From Octopus bimaculoides (taxonomy: Eukaryota): DNA of 39,243 nucleotides. Shown piece after piece: positions 23,701-30,840 of the stretch (the stretch's first letter is position 1; the number at the start of each line of letters is the position of its first letter). The DNA is taken from contig NC_069000.1 in assembly GCF_001194135.2 (NCBI RefSeq), positions 18,265,159 through 18,304,401 on the forward strand, written 5' to 3'. The position numbers and the translations under genes were made by a program. The notes beneath the pieces are model-generated. The model was not told where the DNA came from. It did not search any database and saw only the letters and a program-made list of their open reading frames with translations.

Positions 23701-26700
23701 NNNNNNNNNNNNNNNNNNNNNNNNNNNNNNNNNNNNNNNNNNNNNNNNNNNNNNNNNNNNNNNNNNNNNNNNNNNNNNNNNNNNNNNNNNNNNAGCAATA
23801 TTACCATTACTGTGGTTTTCATCATAATCGTCATATCATCCTCTTCATCATCACCATTAATATTACCATCATCATCATTATCATCCTCATAGCAATTATC
23901 ATAACTAACATCATCTCAATTATTGTCTGCAGCAGCAGCATCATTATTATCACCATCATCATCATCATCATCAACTGTTATCTGTAGCAGCAATATTACC
24001 ATTACTGTGGTTATCATCATAATCGTCATATCATCCTCTTCATCATCACCATTAATATTACCATCATCATCATCATCATCATCATTGATCTTTGTATGCA
24101 AGTGTAGGTGTGTGTAAGTGTATGTACTCTTTTACTGGTTTTTGAGTCAGTGATATGTTGCCATGCTGGAGTACCACCATCAGTGCTGTTGTAGAATTCA
24201 TTAGATAAACCAATTTTGAATGCCCAACTTCAAATAGATAAACCAATTTTGAATGCCCAACTTCTCTTCTACTGTTGACTACCCTTTATGGCAATGTAAG
24301 CTGCTGAGGAAGAAGTGTCTGCTTCCATCCAAAGAATTTAGTAACATTCATACCTCCAGGCAAAAATCCATCTTTCAAAAGTTTTCAGTCTGCTCTCACA
24401 AACATATATGATATTCCTCTCACCTTATTATTAATAATAATCTTTCACTTTCTCTCTTCTTTCTCCCTGTTCTCCATCTCTACAGGAAGTGCCTTGTGTG
24501 CGTGCTGAAGCAATCCTACTGTTTGGCAATTTGTCCAGATTTGGAGGAGGACAATCAAAAGCAGCCATACTGGAACAAATTCATTCAAATTTTGTTAGTT
24601 TGTTGTTACATTTAAATGATGCTGAGGTGGATGTACGCAAGGTAAAAATCTACTCCTGAAACAATTCACATTTAATTTTATAATTTTGTGATGATACTTC
24701 CTTTTTGTGTTTAGTTTGCAAGATTCTTGATGTGAATTTGTGTGTTGAAACAAATTTTGTTGTAGAGTGTGATAGTTCGCTTGAAGCATTGTAATATTGA
24801 AGAAGGTAAAAACAGAAAAAATAGAAAGCTTCTAACAATGCAGAAAGTTTTATAAAACCTTTATATTTCAGGTGCAAAGGCCCATATTCGGAAGAAAAAC
24901 AGTCTGGGAAATGTTCAGTTATGCAGGTTCTATTAACCCATTCAAATCCTCTGGCATTATGTAGCAGCAGCAGTCACTCTCCAAACATAGGTTTAATCAA
25001 TGCTCCAAGCATTGTAGCAATAGTTGGAAGTTTGTTTACACCAACACTTGAAGCATCAATTCCACTAATGGTTGGAGAGTGACTGCTGCTGCTACATAAT
25101 GCCAAGGGATTTGAGTAGATTAACAGAACCTGCATAACTGGACATTTTCCAGACTGTTTTTCTTCTGAAGATTAGCCTTTGTGCCTGAAATATAAAGGCT
25201 TTATAAAACTTTCCATATTGTCAGAAGCTTTCTATTTTCTCTCTTTTTATCTTCTTCAAACACAGTCATGCATGTCTGCACCTATTAGTGTTAATGCAAA
25301 ATATATTCAAACAATGATCACATATGTAGATAGAATATTTAGCAATATAAAATATACTGAAGTACCAACTAACTGTGTGGAGGAAGGCGTTCACACACAG
25401 AAGTGCATAGCAACACAATTTCTATCAGATATTGGTGGTTATAACAGTTTACAGTACAAAATGCATACCTATATTGACTATGTAAACAGAGAAATTCATT
25501 CTCACACATATATTGTTACATAGCCTTGTAACTTCTATTAAATATTTATACCAGTAATAGATAATAATGCACATTTAACCACTGATACAGCAAAGAAACA
25601 TATTCACACATACATAAGTACTTAGGAACACAACTTCTATCAAACATTGGTGGCTGTAATAGTTAATATCTCTTTTTTTATTTTTTACTTATTTCAGTTG
25701 TTGAACTGTGACCATGCTGGGACACATCCTTGAAGGGTGTAGTTGAGATAATCAATTCTAGTACTTATTTTAAAGTCTGGTGCTTATTCTATTGGTCTCT
25801 TTTGCCAAACCGCTAAGTTACATCGGTATAAACACCCAACACTGGTCATCAAGCAGTGGATGGGTACAAACAAAAACACACACATGCACACATAATATAC
25901 ACATAGGTGGAATTCTGGTTTAAGCATCCCGTATAACCTCTGATGGCTCTTTTATTTTTTGGAATTTTCAGAAAATTGTTGTCAATTTGTATTCTATACA
26001 TGGGAATTCATGCAATTTTGAAAGAAAATTTTTTTGTATGTGATTTAAGGGTGACTTAGCTGTTGTTTTTAGTACATCTCATGACCACATGATACCTTGC
26101 TCATTTCTTGATGTTTTTCAATATTTTTCTCGCCATAAACATTTAATGGAATGATGATGCACCCAGGGGTGCTCCATTGCTGGGACTTAAGCAAAAGCTT
26201 CAGACTCTCTTTACTCTTTCACTTGTTTCAGTCATTTGACTGTGGCCATGCTGGAGCAAATCGACCCCAGGACTTATTCTTTGTAAGCGCAGTACTTATT
26301 CTATCGGTCTCTTTTGCCGAACCACTAAGTTACAGGGACGTAAACACACCAGCATCGGTTGTCAAGCGATGTTGGGGGGACAAANNNNNNNNNNNNNNNN
26401 NNNNNNNNNNNNNNNNNNNNNNNNNNNNNNNNNNNNNNNNNNNNNNNNNNNNNNNNNNNNNNNNNNNNNNNNNNNNNNNNNNNNNNNNNNNNNNNNNNNN
26501 NNNNNNNNNNNNNNNNNNNNNNNNNNNNNNNNNNNNNNNNNNNNNNNNNNNNNNNNNNNNNNNNNNNNNNNNNNNNNNNNNNNNNNNNNNNNNNNNTTAA
26601 ACTGTCCATATTTTAAACTCTGATTTTAAAGTAAAATTCAAAAACCCGTGGAAATTTTAGGATTTGTGGGAGCAGGGTTAAGAAATAGAAGGAGAACATT

Positions 26701-29363
26701 TTTTTTCCATATTTGTATGAATTCTTGTGTAGAACATAAATTTGCAAAAATTTTCTGAAAATTCCAAAACCAGAATTCCATCTACACACATACACATGCA
26801 TGCACACACACGCACGCACACACATGTATATATGTATGTATGTATGTATGTATACACATATATACAGTGAGTTTCCATCTACCAAATTCCCTCCGAAGGC
26901 ATTGGTCAGCCTGGGGCTATAGTAGAAAACACTCCCCTAGGGTGTTGCACAGTGGGATTGAACCTAAACCTGCATATTTCCAAAACAAGCTTCTTAACCA
27001 CACAGCCATACTTGCACCTATTAGTATGAAAATATAGTCAAATACGAACTCTTTATGTAGATTTAGTAGTTAGCAATAAAAAAAATAGTCAAATACTGAC
27101 CACATGTATAATTGTATTAATTGGTAGTGTAAAAATAAGCAAATACTAATCATATATGTATATAACAAAATTTCATTTGTTAACTTTCTTGTTAATATTC
27201 ATTAACATAGTTTTGATTATGTTAATTGAAAAGGCGAGTTGTGTCTTTCTTTTTTAGCCCTAAGTCAACTCCAATAAACCAAACCTATAATCAAAGATAT
27301 TCAAGCCATGCCCTCCTATCTTTCTTCTAGGCCAACTATATTCAAAGGTTACATGATTCAATGTATCCTTTCTTCTTTAAGAAAATTGGGTGTGATATAA
27401 GGAGATACTGGCTGCTATTTCTAGCAGCTCAAGCGACCATATAGAGGCTCGCATGCTGGTTGATGAGGCAGCAGGAACGAAACCACTGGTTTTCTCCTTT
27501 AGGCAGGATTAATATCATGTTACCTATGAATGCCATGGTTATTACGTCAGTCCTGATGAAGCAAATCCATGATTAAAGACATTCTATCAGTGGCCAACCA
27601 TCCTTCTGTTTTTTTTTTTATTGTTTCCTTTTGCATTCCGCATTCTCAGCTTATTGAAGACCATATCATCCATTGTGTCCTTCCTTTTTCTTAAGGTAAT
27701 AAGGTGTAATTTGAAGGAGACTTGGCTGCTATTTCTGGTGGAAGAATGAAATACATGGCTCACTTGTGTCAGTGGTGGCAGTGGTGGTGGTGGCAGCAGT
27801 GGTGGTTGTGGGGGATAGTGATATCATAGTGGTGGAGGTGTCGGTAGTGGTGATTAAAGTGGTATAATAGTAGTAGTGGTGGTGGTGGTGGTGGTGGTGT
27901 TTGTAGTGACGATGTGGCGAGCTGGCAGAATTGTTAGCACGCCAAGCGAAATGCTTAGCAGTATTTTGTCTGCCGTTATGTCCTGAGTTCAAATTCTGCC
28001 ATGGTTGACTTTGCCTTTCATCCTTTCAGGGTTGATTAAATAAGTACCAGTTACATACTGGGATCGATTTAATTGACTTAATCCCTTTGTCTGTCCTTGT
28101 TTGTCCCTTCTATGTTTTGCCCCATGTGGGCAATAAAGATATAAATATTTTAAAATTTTCTATTTCCAGGCTTGTAAATTCACATTGCGGTCATTGGGAT
28201 CATTATTAGACTGCCCAAAGATTGATGAGAAGTTCCAAAAGCTTCTCTTAGATGATGCCAACTTGTATTACGGAGAATTCATGAACGACATTTCCAAACT
28301 AATCGTAAGAGCAAGTTTTATGGTTTTATTGTTGTTGTTGTTGTTGTGGTGGAGGTAATAATGATAATTGTTGTTGTTGATTAATCCTATATCAATCCTA
28401 ACTGAGTAGACCTCTGATTAACAGTCATGATCCATGCATACAAGCTTGTCGATTCAGGTACTGGTGCTGCATAAACACACCTGTGCTGATGCTGTGTAGA
28501 TGCACCCATGCCAGTGCTGCATAGATGTATTCATGCTAGTGCAGCATAAATGCACCTGTGCCACTGCTGCATAAATGCATCCATGCTGCTGCATAAATGC
28601 ACCTATGCCAGTGCTGCATAGACACACTCATGCCAGTGCTGCATAAGCGCACCCATGCTGGTAGCACATAAAAGTCACCCACTACACTCTGTTAAGTGTT
28701 TGGTGCTAGGAAGGGCATCCAGCCATAGAAACTATGCCACAACAGATAACTGGAGTTTGAACAGCTCCCAGCAAGCCAGCTCCATGTCAAGCCATTCAAC
28801 TCATGCCAGCATGGAAAGCAGATGTTAAACAATGTTAATGGTGATGATGATGATCACACACACGTATAGTTGTCATCATTATCATCAATTTTTGCATTCC
28901 ATACTGACATGGAGTGGATAGATGGTTTGACAGAATCCAGTTAGCAAGATGACTGCATTGAACTCCATTGTCTGTTTTGGCATGATTTCTATAGCTGGAT
29001 GTCAACTACCTAATGTCAACTAATGTCAACTACCCTACAGAGTGTACTGGCTGCTTCTTTCATGGCAGTAGCTCTAGAGAGGTCACCAAGTAACTCGCAA
29101 GATGAGACTCCTTGACTGAGAGTGGTAGCTTTGTGCCAGTTGTTGGGTGACTGAAATATAATAAAGGAACAAGAACAGATGTGTTGCTATAGAGGAGATA
29201 CATGACTACTCCAACACACACACACAGAATTCATAAAACACAAAAGACAGGGACAAGTGGTGTAGACAACAAACAGATGTATTAGTTCAATGCTCAGGAA
29301 GTGAAAAAGTCTTTAATGTTTCGAGCCTACGCTCTTCCACAGAAAGGAACACAGAAAGAAACT

Positions 29364-29404
<41 letters not shown>

Positions 29405-30795
29405 TACTACTTTCTTCAACATATCCTTCTTAGTCCAAGACAGCACTTGGCTGGTACTTTATTTTATTGTCTCCTGGAAGAATGAAAGGCAAAGTTGACC
29501 TCAGCAAAATTTGAAGTCAAAACATAAAGGGCTGCAACTAAACACATTTTGTTTGATACTTGAATGATTCTGTCCATACACTGCATTTATAAACACACAC
29601 ACACACACACATGTGTATGTTGTATCTATCTGTGGGTCAATGCCAGTGCTGCCTGACTGGCTCCCCCATGTCAGTGGCACTTAAAAAGCACCATTCAAAC
29701 ATGGTTGATGCCAGTTCCCCCTGACTGACTCCCATGCCAGTGGCATATAAAAAGCACCATCTGAACGTGGTCGATACCAGTGCCATCTGACTGGCTCCCA
29801 TACTGGTGGCACATAAAAGCATCCACTACACTCTCAGAGTAGTTGGCATTGGGAAGGGCATCCAACTGTAGAAACCTTTCCAGATCAGATTGGAGCCTGG
29901 TGCAGCCTACTGGCTTGCCAGTCCTCAGTCAAACCGTCCAACCCTTGCCAGCATGGAAAACAGACGCTAAACAATGATGATGATGATGTTATATATATAT
30001 ATATATGTTAAATCTTTGAACGAGGTATTAACAGTAACTGCACGATAAAGTGAAGTATATTTGCCACTTAAATGTGGCTGACCCCGAGGGGTGGATGTTA
30101 CTGTTGCTTTTAGATGTGTGTCGNNNNNNNNNNNNNNNNNNNNNNNNNNNNNNNNNNNNNNNNNNNNNNNNNNNNNNNNNNNNNNNNNNNNNNNNNNNNN
30201 NNNAGTGGCAAATATACTTAACTATACATATATATATATATATATGTATGTATAATAAAAGCATCGAAGAATAAAGTAAGCGATATTGATTTTAATACAC
30301 TGTTTACAACTGTTTCACTACTTCACATTTTAACTACTCCTGCATCATGTTTGTTAGTGTGTTAGCAATTATTGATTCTGTTTTCTGCACTGTGTAAATA
30401 GTTTTTTCTTGTACATATGGTAATTGATTCATCAGATCATTGCAAAGAGCAATAAGCTGATTAATTTGGTGACTTCACCAATAAGTATTCTCATCACTTT
30501 CAAAAGTGGGCACATCTTAATAATCTTATTCATTCAAGGCAAAGATGGGAAGAAATAGAAGCAGAAATAATTTGACAAAATAATTGACTCGGTTCCACTT
30601 TATTCAGTGTTTCATAGACACAAATTAGCATGTACATTTTTAGATGTATGTCTGAAGATGTAGCTGCTTATCTGTGCTTATGAAACTTTAAGAAATGTAA
30701 AGTCGAATCAATGTGTTGTTAAATACAACTCCAACTAATGTTGAGTAATACTTTCTTTTGATTGTTCATCTACCTGTCTTTTTATCTCTCTATTT

Positions 30796-30840
<45 letters not shown>

